Below, one piece after another: positions 52,883 through 64,000 of a stretch of DNA of 64,000 nucleotides (positions within the stretch are counted from its first letter, which is position 1; each line of letters opens with the position of its first letter). The notes beneath the pieces were generated by a model. It worked only from the letters and a program-made list of their open reading frames with translations. It was not told the origin of the DNA and did no database searches. The position numbers and the translations under genes are program-made. Source of the DNA: Sminthopsis crassicaudata. Its lineage: Eukaryota. The stretch is taken from positions 146,210,454 to 146,274,453 of the forward strand of contig NC_133619.1 in assembly GCF_048593235.1 (NCBI RefSeq), written 5' to 3'.

Positions 52883-55444
52883 TCGCACTACAACATAATG
52901 TAAGTAACCAACAAAAGACTTGGATTATAGCATAAGATCTTAGATTTAGAGATAGAAGGGATCTTAATAGACTCCAGTTTGAATCTTTCATTTATCAGTG
53001 AGGAAACTGAGTTACCAAAATATTGACTGGCCTTTCTGGATCAGGGAAAGCCATTTGTCTAGACTTACTGTTTGGGATTTGAGGTAGGAAAGTTTTACTT
53101 AGTCTTGTATCAAATAAATGATGATAACAAATTATACATATAACATTTTTGCTTTTCTATTTAAAAAATAATACAACCTGTTTTTAATGGAACAGTTTTC
53201 ATAATAATCCACTTTATGCCTTATCCATATATGTGAATATATGTATATTATATATATATATATAATGTTTTAAGTGCCTATATATACATATGCAATATAT
53301 TTATATGCATAAAGAAATCTATTTTTTCACTATTTTGCAAATGAGGAAACTGAGGCTAGAAAAGTTTAAGTGATTTGCCCAGAATCATATTGATAGTATA
53401 TAACTGAAGGATGATTGGACTTTAGTCTGAAAAGCAATTTGGACACAAAAAGACATGCCTCCCTAAGTCTTCTAATGTTTGCAGTAAAGCTCCAAATATA
53501 ATGAAATACTGAAATACATTTTAAATGTGAAATCTTTTTCATAATATTGATATTTTTATTTATTTAGACTTATTTAGATAAGAAAGATAGAAAATAGAGT
53601 TGTCGTAAGAGAATAAAAATTTAAGAGACTATTGAAATTACTTATCCATTGACTTATTCTGCAGATAAGGAATTGAGGACATGACCATAGATATAGGGAT
53701 GGAAAGAATCTCAAATGCCAACCATTAAATTAAAATTTTCTTACTCTAGAGTTTTCTTTCTTCGGTACTGTGCTCTTGCCTTGCCAAGATCATACAAGTA
53801 GTTAGTGACATAACCTAGATCATTTCCATTTTCTAAAGGTTTTTACATTTTTAATACCCTATAGATTCCCAATGTTTGTTTGAATCATTAATGAAGCTTG
53901 ATTAGTAACCTACTGTATGCCCTAGTGACAAAGTTCACAAAGAGAAAAAAAAATTATGAATGGCCATGTTAGCATTATAGAAAGAATTCCAACTAATAGA
54001 ACATGTTATATATCTGTCACATAGGTTATGCCCATCTTATATAACATAGTATTCCTTCCGTAAATAAAAGAAGAGGGTGAGCAGAGTACATGTCTCAACA
54101 GCTGTCATTGCTAAAGATTATTTAAAAGCCATGCAAGCCTTCATTTGCCTGCAAGAGTTGTGACATATGGTCAGAAATGGCTAGAAGATTTATTGTGTCA
54201 TCTCTGTTGGATTAGATTCAAAATATTCTTTAACAAGGATCCCATCCCTCATCATCCTTGGAAAAAACCTTCAGAACTCATAGAGCATATAGAAGCAGAC
54301 AGAAAATGATGAGATTTAAATGTCTAGAAATGACATATTCTAATCAGTATTGCCAACCCATCATAAAAATATTAAGAAAATGCATTTTTTACTGACAGGA
54401 CATTTTTAACTGTCATTTCATTGACCTAAAGAACCCAATAATATAGATAACATTTCTGAATTTCTCATCATATATTACATTATACTCAGCAGACAGATTT
54501 TTACAACTATAAAAAAACTCAGTCACTTTTTGTCTTTTAGTAATTCAAATTTTGCTTTAAAAACAATATCTTTAGAAGCCACACTTATAAGATTTCTTCA
54601 CTAGCTTGGTTATAGATGTACTGTTGTTTTTCTTTTCCTTTTCTTCTTTTAATTCCTTCCCTTCTTCCTTTCTCACATTCTTTCTTTCTTTCTTTTTTTT
54701 CAAGGAATGATCCCCTGGGCAAGAAAAGGAAAGCATTAGTAATGTAAAAAACAAAGAAATCAATAAGAAAATTAGATTTTTAAATACAAAGGCAATAAAT
54801 ACAGATTTGGCTTTTACCTTCCAGTTACTGAAGGAATAATGAGGAAATTTCCTTCTGCCTAAGTTTTATCAAAGTTATAAAAACCAAAGAAATTTTGAAA
54901 GCTCAAAATGAAAAGCCTGAGGGACAACTTGAGTAGAGAAAATTACAGTAAAGAGGTCACCTAACAAAATAACATATCATAGGAGGATGAAGGAAACAAT
55001 CTGTGTACCTGGGAAGCAAGAGGGTGGGGTGGAGGGAATCATTTTAATTTTTTTTTCCTTTTTTTCCAAACCACTTCACTCCTAGAAAAATGTCTGTTCC
55101 TTGTCCTAAGCCAACCCTCTTTCCAATTCTACTCCCTCTGTTTACTCTCTAGTATTAAATTCAATGATTTATTAAACTCCACAAAAACTTTTTCAAAGTC
55201 TAAGTCAGAGTGCAAAACACCAAGAAACAGGCCTTGCCCTAAAAAAGATGTATATTCTAGTAGCAAAATGCAACTTACAATTAAGTACGATTTTTTTTTT
55301 AATGTAGGGTGTAGTGGGAACAAAGGAGGAATAATGCTAATAGCATTTAGATAACAAGTTAAGGTTTGCAAAGTAGTTTATTTTTTGTCATTTGATCTTT
55401 GCAAAAACCTGTGAAATTTTTGCTATATGCTATGTAGCATGCCA

Positions 55445-55570
55445 GATGAGGACATTGGAATTGAGATAAATGACTTGCTCAGGATGACACTAAGCTTCCG
55501 AGGCAGGATTTGAGCACACATCTTTCTGATTTTAAATCAAGCACTCTACCTATTAGACCACTTTCCTGCC
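55445..55570 (-). mobile_element. CORE SINE fragment
   Basis: aaatgacttgctcagg...gaggcaggatttgag...gcactctacctattagacca. Confidence 0.7.
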
Positions 55571-56651
55571 TCCTGAAATGCCAGCAAAATGCTCTTAGAA
55601 AAGTTCAGGAGAGAGAAGTATCTTGTTTCCAGATTGCCCTGTTGATGAGCATTCACTACTCAGGCATCTGACCATTGTTAGGTTTGACAGCAAGAGCTAA
55701 GATTATTTCTTTCTTGCTTCAAATTGGAGCAGTCTCATTTGAAGGTGAATGGCATGTTCCTATTTAGTGTTTATAAAAAAAACATATTATAAATCGACAT
55801 GAGCATTCTGTAGGAGAAAAAGACCCAGTGCTCCTTTTTAAGGTAATTTTCAGGTTCCAAATTCAAGCTGTTCCAAAAATAACCTATAGTTGTCTGGGAA
55901 AACTGACTCTCTGAGCTAGCATAAAATTTTTCGTTATAAATCTAGAAAATTAATCTCCTGAGTTTAGTGTTACCAAGAAGCAAGAGAAGGAGGATGTTAA
56001 AGGACAAGGTTAATAAAATTTTGTCCAAACAGTCACTACTGCTCTTTGATAAATATTTCCACAGCTGTTTCTTCAGAAGTCCCAAATTCAGGTAAATACC
56101 TATTAAATTAAAAGTGATCTGTGCTGAGCATTAAGTTGCTCTGTTTGTTCTTGGACTCAGGTCAAGCATAGAAAACTGTAGAATGGTGAGACTTAAAATA
56201 CGAGACTAGATCCAAAGTTAAAATGTGAAAAGTGTCTAGGGCACTTGTGCAACTGAAGCTCTGTCTTCGTCTGAGAGTTAGAATTCTTTTTTTGGACAGT
56301 TGAGCTTTATTGTAGTTCATTATACTCATATCATTAAGAATTAATATGGGGCACAACATTTTGCTTCAATGTCGAGCATCATTTATGGAAAAAAAAGAGT
56401 CCACGTTGAGGGCCAGAAATCACAGCAACAGTAATTAACCTGAATCACATAGTGGAACGCCTTTGTTAATAATGATGCCATGTAAGTAAAGATTTGTGTT
56501 TAAAAGACAGAACAACAGGAAGAACAACAAAAATATAATCAAAGTTAAGCAGCTGGTAAGACTCCTCAAGAGCAATGAAATCTACTGCAGTTATTTGATT
56601 TGCAGTTATTTGTAGTTTATTTACCCCAAAAGGGGTTGGACATTTATATTG

Positions 56652-57321
56652 TAGAATTTGGTTTTTGTTTACCAGATATGTGCATGGATAATTTTGCAAC
56701 ATTGACAATTGTCAAACCTTTTGTTCCAATTTTTCCCCTCCTTCCCCCTCACCCAGATGGCAGGTTGACCAATACATGTTAAATATGTGAAAGTATAAGT
56801 TAAATACAATATATGTATACATATCCAAACAGTTATTTTGCTGTACAAAAAGAATCAGACTTTGAAACAGTGTACAATTAGCCTGTGAAGGAAATCAAAA
56901 ATGTAGGCGGACAAAAATAGAGAGATTGGGAATTCTATGTAGTGGTTCATAGTGATCTCCCAGAGTCCTTTTGCTGGGTGTAGCTGGTTCAGTTCATTGC
57001 TGCTCTATTGGAACTGATTTAGTTTATGTCATTGTTGAAAATCGCCACATCCATCAGAATTGATCATCATATAGTATTATTGTTGAAGTATACAACAACC
57101 TCCTGGGCCTACTCATTTCACTCAGCATCAGTTCATGTAACTCCAGGCCTTTCTGAAATCATCTTGTTGGTCATTTCTTACAGAACAATAATATTCCATA
57201 ATATTCATATACCACAACTTATACAGCTATTCTTCAACTGATGGGCATCCACATAATTTCCAGTTTCTGGCCACTACAAAGAGGACTGCCACAAACATTC
57301 TTGCACATACAGGTCCCTTTC
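56652..57321 (-). mobile_element. 5'-truncated L1 3' end
   Basis: Reverse complement of the same 3'UTR family as 31400-31930 (shared ttgacaattgtcaaaccttttgttccaattttt, gatggcaggttgaccaatacatgttaaatatg, ctttctgaaatcatc). Confidence 0.9.
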
Positions 57322-59414
57322 ATATTGTGTATTTCTAATGAAGGTTTCATTTGCTCATATCTCTTTTTGTAATAAAGTGAATGGGCTGTATTTCAGGGCA
57401 GAAATTTAAATTTCTGAAGAATTGTGATTTTTTAAAAAGAAGATGTTATTAATTCCTCAGACGATAGTTGCATTTCCTTTACCTATAGTGACATTATTTT
57501 CGAGTGGCATTATACATAATAGAGCCTAACTATTCTGGAAGAATGTAGAATTACCAATGTTTTGAAATATCCTTGTAGAAGATGAGTAAGCTTGGCACCG
57601 TGACAAGTTGAGGAGAAAATGTTTTAAAATTGAACTAACTGGAACATTTACTATAAAAGTAAGTTAATCCCATTATTTAAAAAATATGTGAATTAAATTA
57701 TGCACAATTAGGAAAGAAACATTGATTTAGGAAAAATAAAGAACAGAGATAATTGTAATATTTAAATACCTTGGTATTTCACTCCAAAGCATAATAATTG
57801 AAATAATTTTTCCTTTCTCCAAAGTCAGAGTTCTGAGATGTAGTTATGAATTTTGAAAATGTTTTCTCTTTGATAGTGATAATTTGGACAAAACTGATAG
57901 ATTATTTGGCCTTTTTTGTTTTGAACTGTAGTTTTGTGTTAGACTTTACCAAAAATCTTAACTCATGCTTTTCTCCCTAAATAGTCTGTTTAACACTATG
58001 AAAGTTACTAGTTACTAATCCCATATACAATCTATATAGATCTCTACCTCACTTTGAGTTTTGTGTTTTTAAAAGTAAAATGTCTGAGTTAATGTACTCC
58101 ATGTGCATTACCTTTTGTCATTAGAAATAATTTCTTTTGAACCTTCTATTTTTAAAAAATGTCTAACCAGATTTCCCACCATGATTACACTGCATAGTTA
58201 ACTGCATGAAGTGAATTTTGTACATGAAAAATAAAATATCAATTGAAAGTACTGAAAAATGAAACAATACTCCTCTGATGTAAGTACTTCTTTAACTTGC
58301 ATGTGGCAATGTCTTTTTTTTAATGTCTTCAAGATAATTCCCAATTTTCCAAATGCTAAAACTAAAGCCAAGTAACTTTTAAACTTTAGAGTAAAATACC
58401 ACACCCTCCATTGAGTATAACTATGGCTTTGTTGACTCTTCATTCATTATTATATTTTTGGAGTGAATATATTTCAAGAAAAAATAACTTGGTCTTTCTT
58501 TGAGAGGAATGACAGAGGTGATGAGCTTTGAGAAGTATGCTAACTCAGACATTTTGCTTTTAAAACCACAAAACTCAAAGTGAGGTAGAGATCTATATAG
58601 CCTTTGTAAGGGATATGTAACCTGTTGAACTTTTTCTTTCATAGTGTTCAACAGACTACTTAGGGAGAAAGAGATTAATTCATTTTTAATGTTTCGAAAA
58701 TATAGTCATTAAAAAGCAGATAACATAAAATGCCAGAAATGCTTTTAACATTACAAGAAGTGCCCTTCTTTCCTAAATAGCTTGCTACTTTTGGAGATCT
58801 AGATATGCTGAGGTATTAAATATTAAAATAGAGGTTGCTTTTTAAAATGCAGTGTTTCTTATCAGAAAAAAAACAGTTTGAACAAGCAGTACTGTTGTAT
58901 AATTCATGATGTTGCTAATAAGATAGTCTAGGAACTTCATGTGTTATGCTTCTGAGAATGACTAGCATTTTGTACAATCAAAATTATTCCCTTGTTCATG
59001 TCTGCTTAAATACATGCAAATTCCATTAGGCTACTTGGGATAGTAACTCCATAGATTTTGACACATTAAGATTATCTGTGCATATTTTATAGGGTCATAT
59101 AGGTTTGAGTTTGGGTGAGGGACAATAGAGGTGGAAGTTCCCTGTGATAGTATTATACTATCTTCAGTGGTGCTCTAAATTACCAGGACAAACCAATCTA
59201 TTTATCTGACAGGAAAACAGAGTGGATGAATGGACAAAGCAATCTTTAGATCCCCATCTGATCTATTATTCTAGAAGTCTTCATCATAAATATGTTCATA
59301 ACTTTATTTTTCATTGTTTGAAGTCAATGAATAACTTCAGGAATGTAGGTAGGTCATGAAGTTATTTTTTATGGTATCACAACTTCATTTTGTTTATTCA
59401 GGTACAATCATAAT

Positions 59415-59627
59415 ATTCCACAATTGTTTAGAATAAGGAGTCTGTGTGTAGATTTCAGGGGTTCTCTGAACTTGGATGACGAATAAGTTACACCTCTATT
59501 TTTACTAACTTCTAGCTGAAATTTACTATTTCCTCTGAATATGAATGTAGCCAACAAAGAATAGCAATATGTAACTTTAACAGACTGACAGAGTTCCATG
59601 ACACAATAAAGCTTTAAGAACTCCTGG
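59415..59627 (-). mobile_element. Ancient hAT-Charlie (MER5/MER58-like) MITE remnant
   Basis: Minus strand caggagttcttaa...tgtgtcatggaac...aatttcagctagaagttagtaaaaatagaggtgtaa...catccaagttcagagaacccctgaaatcta. Confidence 0.55.
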
Positions 59628-60280
59628 TCTAGAGTTTAATTAAGGTGCAATGGAGTCCTTATTCATTATATTGAGTGTTTTATTTGGTCCCTGCCTCAAG
59701 TTAGAAAATGAAAATGGCAACTGTCTAGGTATTATAAGTATCTGCCATAGATTGTTTTATTTACTATTGGTCTAATGTTTTATTGCTAATCATGATTAAT
59801 GATTTCTTCCACTCCACACATATCTACCATTAATTATCTAGGCAAAAAAGGAAAACAGATTTATTATTCATGCATATTGATAATTCTGTTAAGAATGTTC
59901 ATTTTATACAATCTTAAATTTTCCTTGAAATAAATTGACATTAAATAACAGTTACATGTGTGTCCTAAGAACTGATTAAAGTGACAAGTCTTAACTTTTC
60001 TGTTATAAAATCAAATGCTAAATTATATAAAAAGAGAAGATTAAGTAAAGGGGATAGCTAAACATGAATACTTGGTTTTAAGTTTTTATTTATTTCCTTT
60101 GCATTGTAACAAAATTGCACTGGGGCAAAAGTTCTTGAAAGAAGCCAGACAGACTTCAGGCCCTCATTTTAAAAATAAGTTAAATATAAGGTCTTTTACC
60201 AGTATCCATAATTTTGGAGTGAATAGTTTGAGTGGAATGATGAGACTGCAAACAACCACAAAGGATAGCATAGAACTCCC

Positions 60281-60526
60281 NNNNNNNNNNNNNNNNNNNN
60301 NNNNNNNNNNNNNNNNNNNNNNNNNNNNNNNNNNNNNNNNNNNNNNNNNNNNNNNNNNNNNNNNNNNNNNNNNNNNNNNNNNNNNNNNNNNNNNNNNNNN
60401 NNNNNNNNNNNNNNNNNNNNNNNNNNNNNNNNNNNNNNNNNNNNNNNNNNNNNNNNNNNNNNNNNNNNNNNNNNNNNNNNNNNNNNNNNNNNNNNNNNNN
60501 NNNNNNNNNNNNNNNNNNNNNNNNNA
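60281..60526. other. Assembly gap
   Basis: 246 N. Confidence 1.
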
Positions 60527-61699
60527 TTTATTTATGTACCAACAACTGGGAATACAAATAGAAGAGGTGAGATAGTCCCGCCCCTGAAACCCTGACATGT
60601 GTAGAAGGGTTGAGCCACAGAACAGATGGAGTGGCCCAGGGGACCCCAGTGGGCCCAGGTTCTAGAAGGCATAGCACGGGTAAGACCCAGCAGGGTGGAA
60701 GGTCTTGGTCACAGAGCAGATGGTGAGATCCAATGATCCGCTACTTATTGGTGTTTCCCTGGTCAATGAAGCAATGTAAGCAATAGTAGAGTTGTCTGGT
60801 CATAACTTGCCACTTTTGGGTAGGGGAAAGTGGCTCAAGTCTCAGGGTAGAGAAGGGACTCTGGAACCCCTGCCAAGGAGGTAAGGATGGGTGGTCAGCA
60901 CCTAAACAGGAAGGGGAAAGTAGAAGAAAGCATTGGTTGGAAGATTGGGGGTGGGATGGGGTGTTCCTTGCCTGGAACTCTTATTCTCAGATTATAGATA
61001 ACTTAGAATAAATACTCCATGTTAGGTTGAGGGAAGGACTGTAGAAACTAAGGGAATCATTCACCTGATTTTCTTAAGGAAAAACAAAACAAAACTAAAA
61101 AATAATAAAAGGAAAGAAAAAATCTAGAAAAGGAGTGAAATTATTTCCAATGGAAAAAAAAAGTCTTATTCTCATAATACATTGCCCATTAATTTTTTAA
61201 AGAACAAAGTAAAGAATTCTTTGGCTCTATACCTTACCTTCATTTTAACAAAATATCTAGTGATTTAGCTTACCACTTTATTCTAAGTTTTAACGTAAAT
61301 ACCTTGTGCTTCAGCAGACATGCTCTTACAACATGTATTCACCCCAAAAGAAAATTGAAAAGCAGAGTGATATTTGTATTCTAATATCTAAGAAGACTTC
61401 TTATATAAATTTATGTATCACCAGACTTCTCTGGAGATCATTTTATTCAATAGTAAAATGGGAGATTATAAATTATTTTAAGATACTTTTTATTTATACC
61501 TTTGTTTTTTAAATGTCCTAACATTTCCTATTGTCTTAATTTGATTCATTTTAAGAAAGAAATATCTACTATTTAGAGCCATCTTAAAATGAAATGGGTT
61601 ACTTCTTCAAAAGATGTTCATTTTTGTTGAAAGTAGTCCAAGTAGAGACTTAATAAACACCTTCCAGATCTATTCTAAAGTGAAATATTCACTGAGGTA

Positions 61700-61703
61700 A
61701 AAC

Positions 61704-61734
<31 letters not shown>

Positions 61735-62033
61735 AACAAAAAACAAAATTGAATTCATTTTCTAAGTTCTCTTAAGTACACTAAGATTATTCAGTTAACC
61801 AAGATCTGCTGGGGCTTTATGGAGTTCTCTTTTAAATAAACCATTCTGCTTCCCTTAAAGTATACAGGTATACAACAAAACAAAACAAAACAAAAACAAA
61901 AAACAAAAAACAAAATTGAATTCATTTTCTAAGTTCTCTTAAGTACACTAAGATTATTCAGTTAACCAAGATCTGCTGGGGCTTTATGGAGTTCTCTTTT
62001 AAATAAACCATTCTGCTTCCCTTAAAGTATACA
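61700..62033. repeat. Tandem duplication, period 167 bp, including a (CA4-6)n microsatellite
   Basis: GAATTC at 61751 and 61918. About 148 bp are identical; the second copy lacks one CAAAAA unit; extra G-GTATACA at the junction. Confidence 0.93.
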
Positions 62034-64000
62034 AGGGCTAAATTATTTTGGCGGTAGACATGTTGCCTACATTGAATTAAAAGAGAGAGTACAGGTGGAA
62101 GAGGGACAGCTGCTTTACTATTGTTTTGCAGGATTGTCCTTTGGGCTAAAATGGAGATTTGTTTTGGATTCATTCCATTTGGAAACAGAAATAAATGAGA
62201 CATGCAAATAAAGAAAGGATGTGTGAAATCATTACTGGGTAATGAAATTTACTATGCAGGCAAGATAAGATTTGCATTTTAGAAATATTGATAAGTGAAT
62301 GTCAAATCATACATTTATATGTGACCATTTGGTTACTTTGGCAACACAAGCATTGTTAGTGGTTCCTGATAAGCGATACTTCTTTCATTACCACCTGTGG
62401 CTTTTGTCCCTCTGTCTCCCAGGAACATTCCTGTTTTGATAAAAACTAATTAATATAATTAATTGTAGAATATGTGCATTGGTTTGAACAGGAGTTTTCT
62501 TTAATGTTTTATGGGTCACAATGTCTTTCTTGATGTTGCACAAAGGATTTCCCAATAAGATTTTTGACTTATTTTTCTGAAGAGTAAACATTTGGAATGC
62601 TTAATTAAAATGCAAAGGCCTCTTTTAATATTTCTTTTTTATACTTGTAATATTTGTTTTCAGATATATGAATTGGTGTAGAAAATATATGAATATCATA
62701 AATACAAGCTAAATGTCATGAAGTATGTTTTTGTGGCAGTATTATTTGTTTTTGACAGTGTTTCTAAAAAACAACAAAAAAGATAGACTAATTTTATTAC
62801 TGAATTATTTTAATAGTCACTTCACCTACAATAAGTCAGACAAATGCAAGGTTCCTGCATAACATAGCATGATGTTGAAATATAATTGTGCTGTTATTTT
62901 CAAATTAGCTAACTGAAAGAAAAAAAAATCATTTAGAAATAAAAATTATTCTGTCTCTTTGGGAGAGGTTTAAATTTAAAGACATCATTTTGAGGACACT
63001 AGATTTATATCTGATCCTAAACTGATGGGTAGGAAAACACATGATTTACAATGCAATAGGAATTGAAAAAGATAAGGAAATAAAAACTCTTCATAATAAG
63101 GTTAGTAGAATAAACTAGAAATCCATATAAATACTTTGACATTTTATGTACTTGCACATAAAATAAGTTAGCTTCAGAAAAGTAGCTTTAAAATAACATT
63201 GTTGGAATAATACATAGGCTTTTCTAGAGTCAAGTAAATAATTATTTCCATAAATTGATAATCTATGCTCTGTTGACTAATGTAGCCAAGGCTTTCATCT
63301 TTCTCAGCACAGATATTTTGATCATATGTGAATGCAAATCTATTTCTTTTTCAAGTGGTTTTTATAAATCTTTTTAATTGAGTTACAGTCATTACCAATT
63401 TCAATGATTTTTCTTTACCATTTTAGATAAACACCACCTTTAATCAGAACCTTTTTAGGAGATTATTCATATACCATTTGTCATCTGGTATCTTCTCTGT
63501 AACTAATGGGCACAGGAGCTGAAATGAACATATTCATGTTCAGATGGCTATGCAGATGTCTAGACCTTTGTTACTTTTTTACAGTACTTTCAATTTGGAC
63601 ATTCCATTTTTACAGGAGACACAGTTAAGGCATTTAATATTTTGGGGTTATAGAATTATTTTCCATTTTACCAGATCTAAAATTCATTCCTTTCTTTCTT
63701 ACCTTGGTCAGCCTGTGGGATTATTAAGTGTTATATTTCTTAGGTTTTCCAAATTCTTAATAAAGCAAAATGAACTTTGAACCTTACAAGAGTTTTTGTT
63801 CTGAAAGTCCACTTCCCAGTCAGTATGTTTTCTCTTTATAGAAACATTTTAAAAAGAAATAATGGTTAGGTTGTCAGTATAGCCTTCTCAAGTCTGTTTA
63901 AACACAAAGAGCAGTGAAAGGAGTACTAGACTTTAAATAAAAAGAAACTGCTTACACTTTTTGACAAAAATTTCTGGGAAAATGGAAACTAGACACTGAC

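Noticed and set aside
1360-55570. tRNA genes at the GTTCAAATC motifs
   Set aside because: All are SINE heads followed by CORE sequence; none has a complete cloverleaf.
5607-60598. ORFs containing X runs (5607-5911, 21836-22133, 45489-45952, 52616-52991, 60072-60598)
   Set aside because: Artefacts of translating through N gaps.
534-63780. Remaining 60-130 aa ORFs in the track
   Set aside because: Low-complexity F/L/I/K-rich translations of AT-rich or repeat DNA, many with non-ATG starts. No recognisable domains apart from the retroelement ones listed.

Overview
AT-rich, CpG-depleted mammalian genomic DNA. The repeat content (tRNA-head CORE SINEs of WSINE/MAR1/MIR type, L1, L2, RTE, hAT MITEs, ERV LTRs) points to a marsupial, probably a dasyurid such as Sarcophilus; this is inference. 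There are six N gaps. I found no host protein-coding exon I can support, so the window looks intronic or intergenic. The standout is a ~1.57 kb composite insertion at 14518-16083. Read along the + strand it comprises a complete betaretrovirus-like LTR, a tRNA-Lys PBS, leader and the 5' end of gag. It then switches to antisense copies of 28S rRNA (two circularly permuted pieces) and 18S rRNA, and then to an inverted U3, PPT and env-TM remnant. Most junctions carry microhomology, and the whole is flanked by a candidate 6-bp target duplication (GATTCT). It reads as the fossil of a single reverse-transcription event that hopped across co-packaged rRNAs and a second viral RNA. Other notable items are a 5'/3'-fused, internally deleted L1 (22711-26634), a solo ERV1-type LTR with TSD (50501-51064), several young tandem duplications and an unexplained GC-rich island (60570-61000). 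Family assignments and rRNA comparisons are from recalled consensus sequences, not from database searches.
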